A stretch of 64,000 nt of DNA from Felis catus (GCF_018350175.1 NC_058368.1:87174001-87238000), one strand, 5' to 3'. Positions 12,757 through 26,182 are shown, counted from the first letter of the stretch. Numbers and translations: made by a program. The notes: generated by a model not told the origin, from the letters alone.

Positions 12757-15700
12757 CCTTGATTTCTTTATTGCTGCTTTGTTATTGGTGTATAGAAATG
12801 CAACAGATTTCAGCACGTTGATTTTATATCCTGCAACTTTGTTGAATACGTGTATTGGTTCTAGAGATTTTTGGTGTAATATTTAAGGTTTTCTACATAG
12901 ATTATCAGGTCATTTGCAAATAGTAAAAGTCTGAATTCTTTCTTGCAGATTTGTATGCCCTTTATTTCTTTTGGTTCTCTGATTACTGAGACTAGGAGTT
13001 CTAGTACTATATTAAATAGTAATGATAAAAGTGGACATCCTTGTCTTTCTCCTTACTATAGGGAAAGATCTCTCAGTTTCTCCCCACTGAAGATGATATT
13101 ATCTGTGGGTCTATCATATATGGTCTTTATGATATTGACATGCATTCCTTACACCACTACTTTCTTGAGGGTTTTATCAAGAATGGATGCTGTATTTTGT
13201 CAAATGCCTTCTGCATCTATTCACAGAATCATACAGTTTTTATCCTTTCTTATATTAACGTGGTGTCTCATGTTGACTGATTTGTGAATATTGAACCAGC
13301 CCTGCAGCCCAGGAGTAAATCTCACTTACTCATGGTGAATAATTTTTTGATGTATTGCTGAATTCGCTCTGCTAGTATCTTGCTGAGAATTTTGCATCCA
13401 TGTTCATTAGGATTACTGGCCTGTAATTCTCTTTTTTAGTGAGGTCTCTGGTTTTGAAATCAAGGAAATGATGGCTTCATAGAAGGGTTTTGAAACTTTT
13501 TCTTCTATTTCTATTTTTTGGAAGAGTTTGAGAAGAATAGGTATTAACTCTTCTTTAAATGTCTGGTAGAATTCCCCTGGGAAGCCATCTGACAAGAACT
13601 CTTGTTTGTTGGAAGATTTTTGATGACTGATTCAATGTCCTTGCTGGTTATGAGTCTGTGCAAATTTTCTACTTCTTCCTGTTTCAGTTTTGGTAGTTTG
13701 TGAGTTTCTCAAAATTTGTCCATTTCTCTCAGATTGCCCAGTTTTTTCCAGATTGTATAATTTTTTTATAGTATTCTCTTACACTTCTTTGCTTTTCTAC
13801 TTTTGGCTGTGACCTCTCCTCTTTCATTCATGATTTTATCTATCATGGTCCTTTCCCTTTTCTTTTTGATACTAGGACTTTATCAATTTTGTTTATTCTT
13901 TCAAAGAAGCAACGCCTAGTTTTGTTGGTCTGTCCTACCAGAATTTTTGTTTGCTGGTTTATTTATCATTTATTTCTACTCTAATCTTTATTATTTCCCT
14001 TCTTCAGCTGGCTTGTGGTTTTATTTGCTGCTACTTTTCTAGCTCCTTTTGATGTAAGGTTGGGTTGTGTATTTGTGAATTTTCTTGCTTCTCTAGATAG
14101 GCCTAAATTGCAATATAATTTCCTCATAGGACTGCCTTTGTTGCCTCTCAAAGGTTCTGGACTGTGGTGATTTCATTTTTCATTTGCTTCCATGCTGGTA
14201 GCCCCTCATTATTTAGTAGGATGTTCTTTAACCTCCATGTATGTTATTGAGGGCTTTCCAAATTTTTTTCTTGGGGTTAACGTCAAGTTTCATAGTGTTG
14301 TGATCCAACAACATGCATGGTATGATTTTTATCTTTTTGTAATTGTTGAGGGCTGATTTGTGACCCACTATTTGATCTATTCTGGAGAATGTTCCATGTG
14401 CATTTGAGAAGAATGTGTATTCTGATGCTTTAGGCATAAATTTTCTGAATATATCTGTTAAGTCCATGTGTCCAATGTGTCATTCAAAATTATTGTTTCC
14501 TTGTTGATTTTCTGTTTAGGTAATCTGTCTATTGCTATAAGTGGGGTGTTACAGTGCCCTACTATTATGGTACTATTATAAATGAGTTTATGTTTGTGAT
14601 TATTTATATATTTGGGTTCTTTCAAGTTGAGGGTATAAATATTTACAATTGTTAGATTTTTTGATGGGTAGACCCTTAATTATGATATAATACATTTCTT
14701 CATCTCTTGTTATACTCTTTGTTTTAAAATCTAGTTTATCTGGTATAAGCATGGATACCCCAGCTTTCTTTTGATGACAATTAGCAAGATAGATGATTAG
14801 CATCTGGAGATGTCTTTAGATCTAAAATGAGTCTCTTGCAGGTATCACATGATGGGGTCTTTTTTCTTATCCATTCTGATACCCTTCATCTTTTGTTTGG
14901 AGCATTTAGTCCATTTACATTCACAGTGACTACTGAAAGATATGACTTTAGTGCCATTTTTTACCTGTAGAGTTGGTGTTTCTGGTGATGTTCTCTGCTC
15001 CTTTCTAGTCTTTGTTACTTTGGTCTCTTATTCCCTCTCCACTACAAGAGTAGTGGGGATGGTTTGTTGGTCACAAACTCCTTTATTTTTTATTTCTCTG
15101 GGAAACATTTTATCTGTCCTTCTATTATGAATGACATGGCTGCATATTTTTCACATCCAGTACGTTGAATATGTCCTGCCATTACCTTATGGTTTCCCAA
15201 GTTTCAGTGGACAGGTCTGCTGCTAACCTTATGTGTTAACACTTGTAGGTTAAGGATCTTTTATTCCTAACAAATTTCAGAATTCTCTCTTTATCTTTGT
15301 ATTTTGCAAGTTTCACTATAATATGTGTGATGTTGACATGATTTGGTTGATTTTGTTGGGAGTTCTCTGTGCCTCTTGGACTTGAATGGTTGTTTCCTTC
15401 CCCAGATTAGGAAACTCTTGGCTGCAATTTGCTCAAATTGCCTACCTTCTTTTTCCACTTTTCTTCTGGAACTCTTAAGACATTTATATTATTTCACTTT
15501 ATGAGTTGCTGAGTTCTATAAGTCTGCCTTTGTGATCTAAGTTTTCTTTCCCTCTTCTTTTCAGATTCTTTGTTTCTATACTTTTATCTTCTATATCACC
15601 TATTTTTTCTTCTCCCTCAACCTATTATGACTAAATCCAGTCAGTTTTCCATCTCAATTATAGTCGTTTTTATTTCAACCTGAATAGCTTTTAGATCTTT

Positions 15701-17200
15701 GATCTCTGCAGCAATGGTTTCTCTGGTGCCTTCTATGCTTTTATCTAACCAACTTAGTAGTTTTATGACTACTGTTCAAAATTTCTGTTTAGAAATATTG
15801 TTTATTTTTGTTTTGAGCAAGTCTTTGGCTATGATTTCTTTTTGATATTTCTTTTGGGAAGAATTTTCCATCTTGTCATTTTGACCAAGTTTCTGTCTTT
15901 TGCATATTTGAAAGCTATTTCTGTATCCTGAACCTGAGGGCAATACTATCTTTAAAAAGGTCATTCCCTGTCCAGGACCTGGCACTTCATGAAGTGCTTC
16001 TGGTGTATGCTGTGTGCACTGTGCTGTTGTTTTTAGGTGCTCTTTCCCACTGCTCAGTCCTTGCTAAGCTCCTTCTGGCTTGTAGTGAGGAGGATTTGGA
16101 CCTGGAAGTAGATATGCTTTTATTTCTTTGTTAAAATAAGCCTCAAAAAAAAAAAAAGAAAAGAAAAGAAGAAAAGGGGGGGGGTATACCTGCTTTAAAA
16201 AAGAGGAAAGGAAATGAATTAGAAAAAACAAACAGACAATCAAACACTAAAAGCTTTATTCCAAACAGAGAGAAAGAAAAGACAAATGAAAGGGACAAAA
16301 AGGAGATAAAAAGAAGCCTGATTCAAAAACAAGAAGAGAGAAAATAAAATGAAAAAAAAATGAACAAACAAAAAATATAAACCTGATAGCAAAGGAAAAA
16401 AAAAGAAGATTAAAAAGGAAAAAAAAATTCTGGTCTTATTTCCACTAGATCTTCAAGTGAAGCTTTAAAGCAATCTATTTTCAATACACTTGGTTCATGC
16501 AGGGTGCTGCCTGTTCTTGCCTTCTGGAATAAAGGCTCACTGCACTGGCTCGGAGTCAGTTTTGACCTGGTATATAAGCAATTGCCAGTCACTGGGGATA
16601 GGGTTTGATGTAAGTGGGTTCTGTCTCCCATGGGGCTCAAGGTGTTGCTCTCTGAAGTCCAACCCTATTGTTGAGGAGAAAAATGGAGCCATCCCACACT
16701 CTCATCCCAAGACAGGGGATCTCACATCCCTGTTTTTCAGGAAGCCCTCACAGAATAGTGAGAGGTGTCAATGTTCCCTGCACCACAGCTCTCCTGCCTT
16801 TTATCTTTAGGATGAATCTGGGATCCAAAACACAAAACCTTAAAAGACTCAGCACTACACAGACTCTCCCCCTTCCTCTGGATTAGAGCCTCTCCATGCT
16901 TTCTCTGGGGAAAAACAGTCCCAAGCCTATGCTGTGTGTGGAATCTATGGTGTAGCACCATGAAAATCAGTAACCAAGTTATCTGCCCTCTGTATATGCC
17001 TCTGTCCCTTGCTGATGAAAGGCCTATTGGTGGTGTCTGTAGGGATTTTTGTCCTTGGAGAGATATACCTTCTTCTAAATGTACTCCAAGAGGAAAGTTC
17101 TCTCTTAGTGAGACCCAGAAAAAGCCTACATCATCCTATGCACTCCAGGTCCAGTGTCCTCCTTCTTCCCAGGAGTGCCTGTCACAGCTCCACTCCAGAG
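12757..17200 (-). mobile_element. Older carnivore L1, continuation (ORF2 5' half, ORF1 remnant, long 5'UTR with T-rich tract)
   Basis: [15 protein letters not shown] (13413..13595) and MDLTDIFR...FFSNAHGTFSRID (14228..14467); ORF1-like sequence 15100-15900; A-rich tract 16145-16430 is the reverse of the T-rich 5'UTR tracts at 31720-32060 and 46370-46680. 5' limit uncertain. Confidence 0.8.
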
Positions 17201-17216
17201 AAAGTTGTACATTTCT

Positions 17217-17443
17217 TTTTTTTTTTTTAATTTTTTTTTCCACGTTTATTTATTTTTGGGACAGAGAGAGACAGAGCATGAACGGGGGAGGGGCAGAGAG
17301 AGAGGGAGACACAGAATCGGAAACAGGCTCCAGGCTCTGAGCCATCAGCCCAGAGCCCGACGCGGGGCTCGAACTCCCGGACCGCGAGATCGTGACCTGG
17401 CTGAAGTCGGACGCTTAACCAACTGCGCCACCCAGGCGCCCCA
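17217..17443 (-). mobile_element. Young Can-SINE
   Basis: Near-identical to 58-288, CpG-rich; 16-bp TSD aaagttgtacatttct at 17201-17216 and 17444-17459. Confidence 0.95.
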
Positions 17444-17625
17444 AAAGTTGTACATTTCTAAAACCTTAGTGTGAGCTCCACATTCTGTTAGAAAAAAACC
17501 TTGATCTCAGTACCTCTAGCTCCCCAATCCATGCTCTGAACTGTTTTTTTTTCTTTTCTTGTGCATGCCCAACACTGCATTCTCTCCTAAACAAAATAGA
17601 CTTTAATAAAGGACTAAATATTCAG

Positions 17626-20600
17626 AGGGGAAGATGGCTGTGTACAAGGACGCTGGGCTCACCTCGTCCTGCTGATTGCTTAGATTCCACCCATATCTGA
17701 CTAAATAACCCAGAAAAACACCCAGCAGAATGGACTCTCTGGAGCCAAGCATAGACAAGAGGCCCACAGAAGAGGGTAAGAAGAGCTGAGAGGCAGTGCC
17801 AGCTACACGGACTGGTGGGAGGGAGCCAGAGGGGAGGAAGGGCAGTCCACGAAGTCTGGCTAACAAAAGCGGAAGGACCAGACTCCCTAAGTTCTTAAAG
17901 CCATGGGAACTTAACATCTGGAATGTTATAAGTCAACAGGTCTGCTCTTGGAGAGCAGGGAAGGTGAAAGGACACTGGGAAAGAGAGTTGTTGAGACCCA
18001 GAAGACAGAGCTCAGCTCGGCGGGGGAACAAAGCAAGCACCATCTCCCTCTCTCATCCCACAGCCAAAATTCCAAAGGGAACAAGTTCCCATCAATGAAC
18101 TTGCTTACACCTGTGGATCCATCCCTCCGAGGGGTCTGCCTCCCTCCTGATAATGCAGGGACCCTCCTGCAAGGGACCACCCACAGCAAAGCAAGCTGAG
18201 CCTGCCCCTCGTGCACCTGTGCACCATGCAAATCCACCCCAGCTAAAATGCCACATCCCATCAAAGCAGCACCACAAGCCTGGCGGTGTGCAAGTAGCCT
18301 GGACAGGGGCCACACCACTCCACAGTGAGTCCTGCCCCTGGGAGAGGGGAAGATAAGGTAAACACCAGTCTGACTGTGGCCCCAGAGGTGGGCTGGGGAC
18401 AGACATCAGATCTGACTGTGGCCCAGCCCACCTAAACAAGTTACTCCAGAAAGTGTAGTTTGCAGTTTGGGAAAGTGCCCTGCAGTTTGGTGCCACTGCA
18501 GGCACTACGCAAAATGATGAAACGGAAGAATTATCTTCAAAAGAAACTCCAGGAAGCAGTGACAGCTAACGAATTTATCAAAAATGATTTAAGCAATATA
18601 ATGTAACAAGAATTTAGAATAATAGTCATAAAATTAATCGCTGGGCTTGAAAAAAGCATAGAGGACAGCAGACAATCGATTGCTACAGAGATCAAGAGAC
18701 AAAGAAATAGTCATGAGGAGTTTAAAATGCTATAAATGAGGTGTAAAATAAAATGGAGACCATCAAGGCTCAGATTGAAGAGGCAGAAGAGAGAATAGGT
18801 GAACTAGAAGATAAAATTATGGAAAAAGAGGAAGCTGAGAAAAAGAGAGATAAAAAAAATCCAGGAGTATGAGGGAAGAATTAGAGAACTGAGTGACACA
18901 ATCAAATGGAATGATATCCTTATCATAGTAATTCCAGAAGAAGAAGAGAGAGAAAAGGGCTGAAGGTGTACTTGAACAAATCATAGCTGAGAACTTCCAT
19001 GATCTGGGGAAGTAAAAAGGCAGTGAAATCCAAGAGGAACAGAGAACTCCCTTCAGACTTAACTTGAATTGATCTTCTGCATGACATATCATAGTGAAAC
19101 TGGCAAAATACAAGGATAAAGAGAAAATTCTGAAGCAGCTAGGGATAAACATGATCTAACTTATAAAAGGAGACCCATAAGACTTGTGGCAGACCTATCT
19201 ACTAAAACTTGGCAGGCCAGAAAGGAATGGCAGGAAATCTTCAATGTGATGAACAGAAAAAATATGCAGCCAAGAATCCTTCATCTACCAAGTCTGTCAT
19301 CCAGAATAGAAGAAGAGAAAAAGGACTTCTCAAACAAACAAAAACTGAAGGAATTCATCACCACTAAACCAGCCCTACAAGAGATCCTAAAGGGATTCTG
19401 TGAGTGAAATGTTGCAAGGACCACAAAGTACCAGAGAAAAAACTACAGGCATGAAACCTACAGAAATCAAAATGACTCTAAACCCATATCTTTCTATAAT
19501 AACACCAAATATAAATGCACTAAATGCTCCAACCAAAAGACATAGGTATCGGAATGGATAAAAAAATAAATAAATAAATAAATAAAAAACAAGACCCATC
19601 TATTTGTTGTCTATAAGAGACTCATTTTACACCTGAGGACACCTTCAGATTCAAAGTGAGGGGATGAAGAACTACCTATCATGCTACTGGAAGTCAAAAG
19701 AAAGCTGGAGCTGGAGTAGCCATACTTATATCAGACAAACTAGACTTTAAATTAAAAGCTGTAACAAGAGATGAAGAAGGGGATTATATAGTAATTAGGG
19801 GCTCTATCCATCAGAAAGAGCAAACAATTATAAATGTCTATGCGCCGAATACAGGAGCCCCCAAATACATAAAACAATTAATCACAAACAAACCAACCTT
19901 ATTTATAAGAATGTGGTAATTGCAGAGGACTTTAATACTCCACTTACAACAATGGATAGATCATCTAGACACAGGATCAATAAAGAAACGAGGCCCATGA
20001 ATGATAAATTGGATTAGATGGACTTGACAGATATATTTAGAACTCTGCATGCCAAAGCAACAGAATACACTTTCTTCTCCAGTGCACATGAAACATTCTG
20101 CAAAACAGATCACATACTGGGCCACAAAAAAAGCCCTTCGTAAGTATACAAGAATTGAGATCATACCATGCACACTTTCAGAACACAATGCTATGAAGCT
20201 TGAAATCAACCACAGAAAAAAATTCTGGAAAACCTCCAAATGCATGGGGGTTAAAGGACACCCTATGAAAGAATGAAAGGGACAATCAGGCAATTAGAGA
20301 AGGAATTAAATATTTATGTAAATGAATGAAAATGAAAATACAATTTAAATGCTTTGGGATGCAGTGAAGGCAGTCCTAAGAGGAAAATACATTGCAATCC
20401 AGGCCTATCTCCATAAACAAGAAAAATCCCAGACACAAAATCTAACAGCACACCTAAAGGAAATCCAAGCAGAAAAGCAAAGATACCTCAAACCCAGCAG
20501 AAGAGAAATAATAAAGATCAGAGCAAAAATAAACAATATAGAATTTTAAAAAAAACTGTAAAGCAGATCAATGAAACCAAGAGTTGCCTTTTGAAAAAAT

Positions 20601-23565
20601 AAACAAAATTGACAAACCTCTAGCCAGGCTTCTCAAAAAGAAAAGGGAGAGGACCCAAATAGATAAAATCATGAATGAAAATGGAATGATCACAAACAAT
20701 CCCTCAGAAATACAAGCAATTATCATGGAATACTATGAAAAATTATACACCAACAAACTGGACAACCTGGAATAAATGGACCAATTCCTAAGCATGCACA
20801 CATTTCCTAAAGTCAAACAGGAAGAAATAGAAAACACGAACAGACCCATAACCAGCGAAGAAATTGAATCAGTTATCAAGAATATCCCAATAAATAAGAG
20901 TCCAGGACCAGATGGCTTCCCTGGGGAATTCTACCAAACATCTAAAGCAGAAATAATACCTATCCTTCTCAAGCTGTTCCAAAACATAGAAAGGGAAGGA
21001 AAACTTGCAGACTCATTCTATGAGGCCAGCATAACTTTGATTCCTAAACCAGACAGAGACCCAACAATAAAAGAGAACTACAGGCCAATATCCCTGATGA
21101 ATACGGATGCAAAAAATTCTCCATAAGATACTAACAAATTGAATTCAACAGCATATGAAAAGAATTATTCACCATGATCAAGTGGGATTCATTCCTGGGA
21201 TGCAGACCTGGTTCAACATTCGCAAATCAATCAATATGATATATCACATTAATAAAAGAAAAGATGAGAACCATATGATCCTGTCAATCGATGCAGAAAA
21301 GGCATTTGACAAAATTCAGCATCCTGTGTTAATAAAAACCCTCAAGAAAATGGAATGATTTTCCATTTTCCAATGGAATAGAAGTAACTTCCAATGGGAT
21401 AGAAGTAACATACTTAAACATCATAAATCCATTTATGAAAAGCCCACATCTAATATCATCCTCCATGGGAGAAAACTGAGACCTTTCTCCCTGAGATCAG
21501 AAACATGACAGGGATGTCCACTCTCATTGCTGTTGTTTTAACATAGTGTTGGAAGAGCTAGCATCAGCAATCAGGCACCAAAATTGGCAAAGATGAAGTT
21601 AAGCTTTCACTTTTTGAAGATGACATGATATTATACATGGAAAATCCGATAAACTCCACCAAAAGTCTGCTAGAACTGATACATGAATTCAGCAAAGTCG
21701 CAGGATATAAAATCAATATACAGAAATCAGTTGCATTCTTATACACTAATAATGAAGCAACAGAAAGACAAATGAAGAAACTGATCCCATTCACAACTGC
21801 ACCAAGAAGCATAAAATACCTAGGAATAAATCTAACCAAAGATGTAAAAGATCTGTATGCTGAAAACTATACAAAGCTTATGAAGGAAATTGAAGAAGAT
21901 ATAAAGAAATGGAAAAACATTCCATGTTCATGCATTGGAAGAATAAATATTGTGAAAATGCCAATAACACTCAAAGCTATCTACACATTCAATGCAATCC
22001 CAATCAAAATTGCACCAGCATTCTTCTCGAAGCCAGAACAAGCAATCCTAAAATTTGTATGGAACCACAAAAGGCCCCGAATAGCCAAAGTAATTTTGAA
22101 GAAGAAGACCAAAGCAGGAAGCATCACAATCCCAGACTTTAGCTTCTACTACCAAGCTGTAATCATCAAGACAGCATGGTATTGGCACAAAAACAGACAC
22201 ATACACCAATGGTATAGAATAGAAACCCCAGAACTAGACCCACAAACATATTACCAACTAATCTTTGACAAAGCAGGAAAAATATACAATGGAAAAAAAA
22301 ACAGTCTCTTTAACCAATGGTGCTGGGAGAACTGGACAGCAACATGCAGAAGACTGAAACTAGACCACTTTCTTACATCATTCACAAAAACAAACTCAAA
22401 ATGGATAAAGGACCTGAATGTGAGACAGGAAACTATCAAAACCCTAGAGGAGAAAGCAGGAAAAAAACCTCTCTGATCTCAGCCGCAGCAATTTCTTACT
22501 TGACACATCCCCAAAGGGAATTAGCAGCAAAAAGGAACTATTGGGACCTCATGAAGATAAAAAACTTCTGCACTTCAGAGGAAAAAATCAACAAAACTAA
22601 AAGGCAACCAAAGGGATGGGAAAAGATATTTGCAAATGACATATCGGACAAAGGGCTAGTATCCAAAATCTATAAAGAGCTCACCAAACTCCACACCCAA
22701 AAACCAAATAATCCAGTGAAGAAATTGGCAGAAAACATGGATACTTCTCTAAAGAAGACATCCGGATGGCCAACAGGCACATGAAAAGATGTTCAACGTC
22801 ACTCCTCATCATGGAAATATAAATCAAAACCACACTGAGATACTACCTCATGCCAGTCAGAGTGGCTAAAATGAACAAATCAGGAGACTATAGATGCTGG
22901 AGAGGATGTGGAGAAACGGGAACCCTCTTGCACTGTTGGTGGGAATGCAAATTGGTTCAGTCACTCTGGAAAACAGTGTGGAGGTTCCTCAAAAAATATA
23001 TTAAAAATATATCTACCCTATGACCCAGCAATAGCACTGCTAGGAATTTACCCAAGGGATACAGGAGTGTTGATGCAGAAGGGCACTCATACCCCAATGT
23101 TTATAGCAGCACTTTCAATGGTAGCCAAATTATGGAAAGAGCCTCAATGTCCATCAACTGACTAATGGATAAAGAAATTATGGTTAATATACACCATGGA
23201 ATACTACGTGGCAATGAAAAAGAATGAAATATGGCCTTTTGTTGCAAGGTGGATGGAACTGGAGAGTGTTATGCTAAGTGAAATAAGTCATACAGGTAAA
23301 GACAGATACCATGTGTTTTCACTCTTATGTGGATCCTGAGATACTTAACAGAAGTCCATGGAGGAAGGAAAGAAAAAAAAAGAGGTTAGAGAGGGAGAGA
23401 GCCAAAGCATAAGAGATTCTTAAAAACTGAGAACAAACTGAGGGTTGATTGGGGGCTGAGAGAGAGGGGAGGGTGAGTGGTGGGTTTTGAGGAGGGCACC
23501 TTTTGGGATGAGCACTGGGTGTTGTATGGAAACCAATTTGACAATAAATTTCATCTTAAAAAAAA
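17626..23565 (+). mobile_element. Near full-length felid-type L1; ORF1 (~18514-19407) and ORF2 (from 19472) disrupted; no matching TSD
   Basis: 5' end GGGGAAGATGGCTG...GACGCTGGGCTCACC; ORF fragments throughout; RT FADD mutated to FEDD at ~21612; 3' end caataaatttcatcttaaaaaaaaa. Confidence 0.93.
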
Positions 23566-24720
23566 AGTATATGGAAGTCAGTGAAAATGATAACACCACA
23601 ACCCAAAACCTCTGGGACACAGCAAAGGCGCTCATAAGAGGGATGTATATAGCAATCCAGGCCTTCCTAAAGAAGGAAGAAAGATCTCAGATACAGAACC
23701 TCACCTTACGCCTTAAGGAGCTGGAAAAAGAATGGCAAATAAAACCCAAAACCAGCAGAAGACAGGAAATAATAAAGATTAGGGCAGAACTTAATGCTTT
23801 TGAAACCAAAACCAAAACCAAAGACAAAACGGTAGAACAGATCAATGAAGCCAGAAGCTGGTTCTTTGAAAGAATTAACAAAACTGATAAACCACTAGTC
23901 AGTTTGATCAAAAAGAAAAAGGAAAGGACCCAAGTAAATAAAATCAAGAATGAAAGAGGATCGATCACAACCAACACATCAAAGATAAAAACAATAATAA
24001 AAGAATAATATGAGCAATTATATGCCAATAAAATGAGCAATCTGGAAGTAACAAACAAATTCCTAGAAACATATACACTACCAAAACTGAAACAGAAAGA
24101 AATAGAAAATTTGAACAGACCCATAACCAATAAGGAAATCGAATTAGTAACACGTCAAGTAACACGTCTCTGGAGGCAAGGGAAACAAAACACGACGTGC
24201 TACCAACACGTCGAATTAGTAATCAACACGTCTCTGGAGGCAAGGGAAACAAAAGCAAAAATGAACTACTGGGACCTCATCAAAACAAAAACCTTTTGCA
24301 CAGCGAAGGAAACAATCAGCAAAACTAAAACACAACTGATAGAATGGAAGAAGAGATTTTCAAATGACATATCAGATAAAGGGTTAGTATCCAAAATCTA
24401 TAAGGAACCTATCAAACTGAACACCCCCATAAAACAAATAATACAGTGAAGAAATGGGCAAAAGACATGAATAGACACTTCTCCAAAGAAGACATCCAGA
24501 TGACGAACCGACACATGAAAAAATGCTCAACTTCACTCATCATCAGGGAAATACAAATCAAAATCACAATGAGATACCACCTCACACCTGTCAGATGGCT
24601 AATATTAACAACTCAGGCAACAACAGATGTTGGTGAAGATGCAGAGAAAGATCTCTTTTGCACTGCTAGTGGGAATGCAAACTAGTGCCGCCACTGTAGA
24701 AAACAGTATGGACATTCCTC
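23566..24720 (+). mobile_element. Internally deleted L1 ORF2 segment
   Basis: YMEVSENDNTTTQNLWDTAK...EIELV jumps through a repeat-rich junction (24141-24254) to [18 protein letters not shown]. Confidence 0.88.
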
Positions 24721-24724
24721 AAAA

Positions 24725-24753
24725 TTTATATATATGTATGTATGTATGTATGA

Positions 24754-24808
<55 letters not shown>

Positions 24809-24838
24809 TATATTTATATTTATATTTATATATATTTG
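24725..24838. repeat. Compound (TATG)/(TG)/(TA) microsatellite
   Basis: Direct reading. Confidence 0.9.
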
Positions 24839-24839
24839 A

Positions 24840-25388
24840 GTATTTTCAATGCTTTGTGTTTGCCCAAAGAAAATAAAAATACTAATTCAAAAAAATATGT
24901 GCACCCCTGTGTTTTTGCAATGTTAATAGCCAAGACATGGAAACAACCGAAGTGTACATCAACTGAAAATTGGATAAAGAATAAGCGGTATATATACACA
25001 ATGCAATATTAGCCACAAGAAAGAATAAAATCTTGCCATTTTCAACGACATGGATGGAGTTAGAGGGTATAAAGCTAAGTAAAATAAGTCAGTCCGAGAA
25101 AAAATACCATGCAATTTCACTTGTATGTGGAATAATAAAAGTAATGAACAAGGTTAAAAGAGACAAACAAATAAATAAAAATCAGAGAACAAAGTGGTGG
25201 TTGCCAGAGGAAAGGTGGGAGGAGGGATGAGGAAATAGATAAAGGGGATTAAAAGCATACTTATGATGAGCACTGGGTATTGTATGGAAATGTTGTATCA
25301 CTATATTGTACGTATGAAACTAATATAACACTAATGCTAATTATACATGAATGTGTATATTAAATAAATAAATTTTAAAAATAAAAAG
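24840..25388 (+). mobile_element. Old L1 3' end, part of duplicated block copy 1
   Basis: KTWKQPKC and PFSTTWMELEGIKLS; 3'UTR gatgagcactgggtattgtatggaaatgttg; homologous to 56740-57147 plus 59289-59415. Confidence 0.85.
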
Positions 25389-26050
25389 GAACAAGATACA
25401 GTGATGAAGTTGCATGGACTAACAATATGATATTCCTCAACAAAAATCCTACTGGGAACCATGTATACAAACTGGAATCATATCCAATGTTAAACCTTGA
25501 AAACACCTTGATACAACAGCATTTGTGATGCAAAAAGATTTCCTTTTGTTTAGAAAAGGGTACATTTAGAGACTAAGTACATAAAACTATCCAACAATTC
25601 AATTATTCAAATCTGCATTTTGTCAAAATGAAGAAAAATCTGTGTCTACATATATTTACTAAAAACCTTCCAGGTACTTTTTGGTAAGACTTTTTAATAT
25701 TTATTTCTTCTATATGTTAGCAGTGTGAAATTGTGTATGGTAAAGTATGTACTAGAAAAAAAAATGTTTATGGGGGCACCTGTGTGGCTCAGTCACTTAA
25801 GTATCTGACTTGGGGTCAGGTCACGATCTTGCAGTTCATAAGTTTCAGTCCTACGTCAGGCTCTGTGCTGACAGCTCAGAGCCCGGAGCCTGCTTCAGAT
25901 TCTGTGTCTCCTTCCTTCTCTGCCCCTCCCATGCTCATGCTCTGTCTCTCTGTGTCTCTCAGCAATAAATAAATGTTAAAAAAAAATTTAACTAAAGAAA
26001 AGAAAAAGAAAAGCATGTTTACATTTACTGGTAGTTATGAATTGTGTTTT
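25389..26050 (+). repeat. Segmental duplication copy 1, non-TE portion (paralogous to 59640-60063)
   Basis: Collinear alignment by eye, roughly 80-88% similar, including a 34-bp exact match (25518-25551 = 59770-59803). Confidence 0.92.
25772..25990 (+). mobile_element. Can-SINE
   Basis: ggggcacctgtgtggctcagtc...aataaataaatgttaaaaaa; imperfect TSD ending atgttta; absent from the paralogous site near 60025. Confidence 0.92.
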
Positions 26051-26182
26051 TCATAAACAGTTGAAACATGCTAACAATCTTATCTTAATTGACCTTTACC
26101 AATCATGTTAGAATTAATACGGTACGTATATAAAATTGGGTGGATTCTCTAAATAGAAAGAAGTTATAGAATTATTTCCTGG

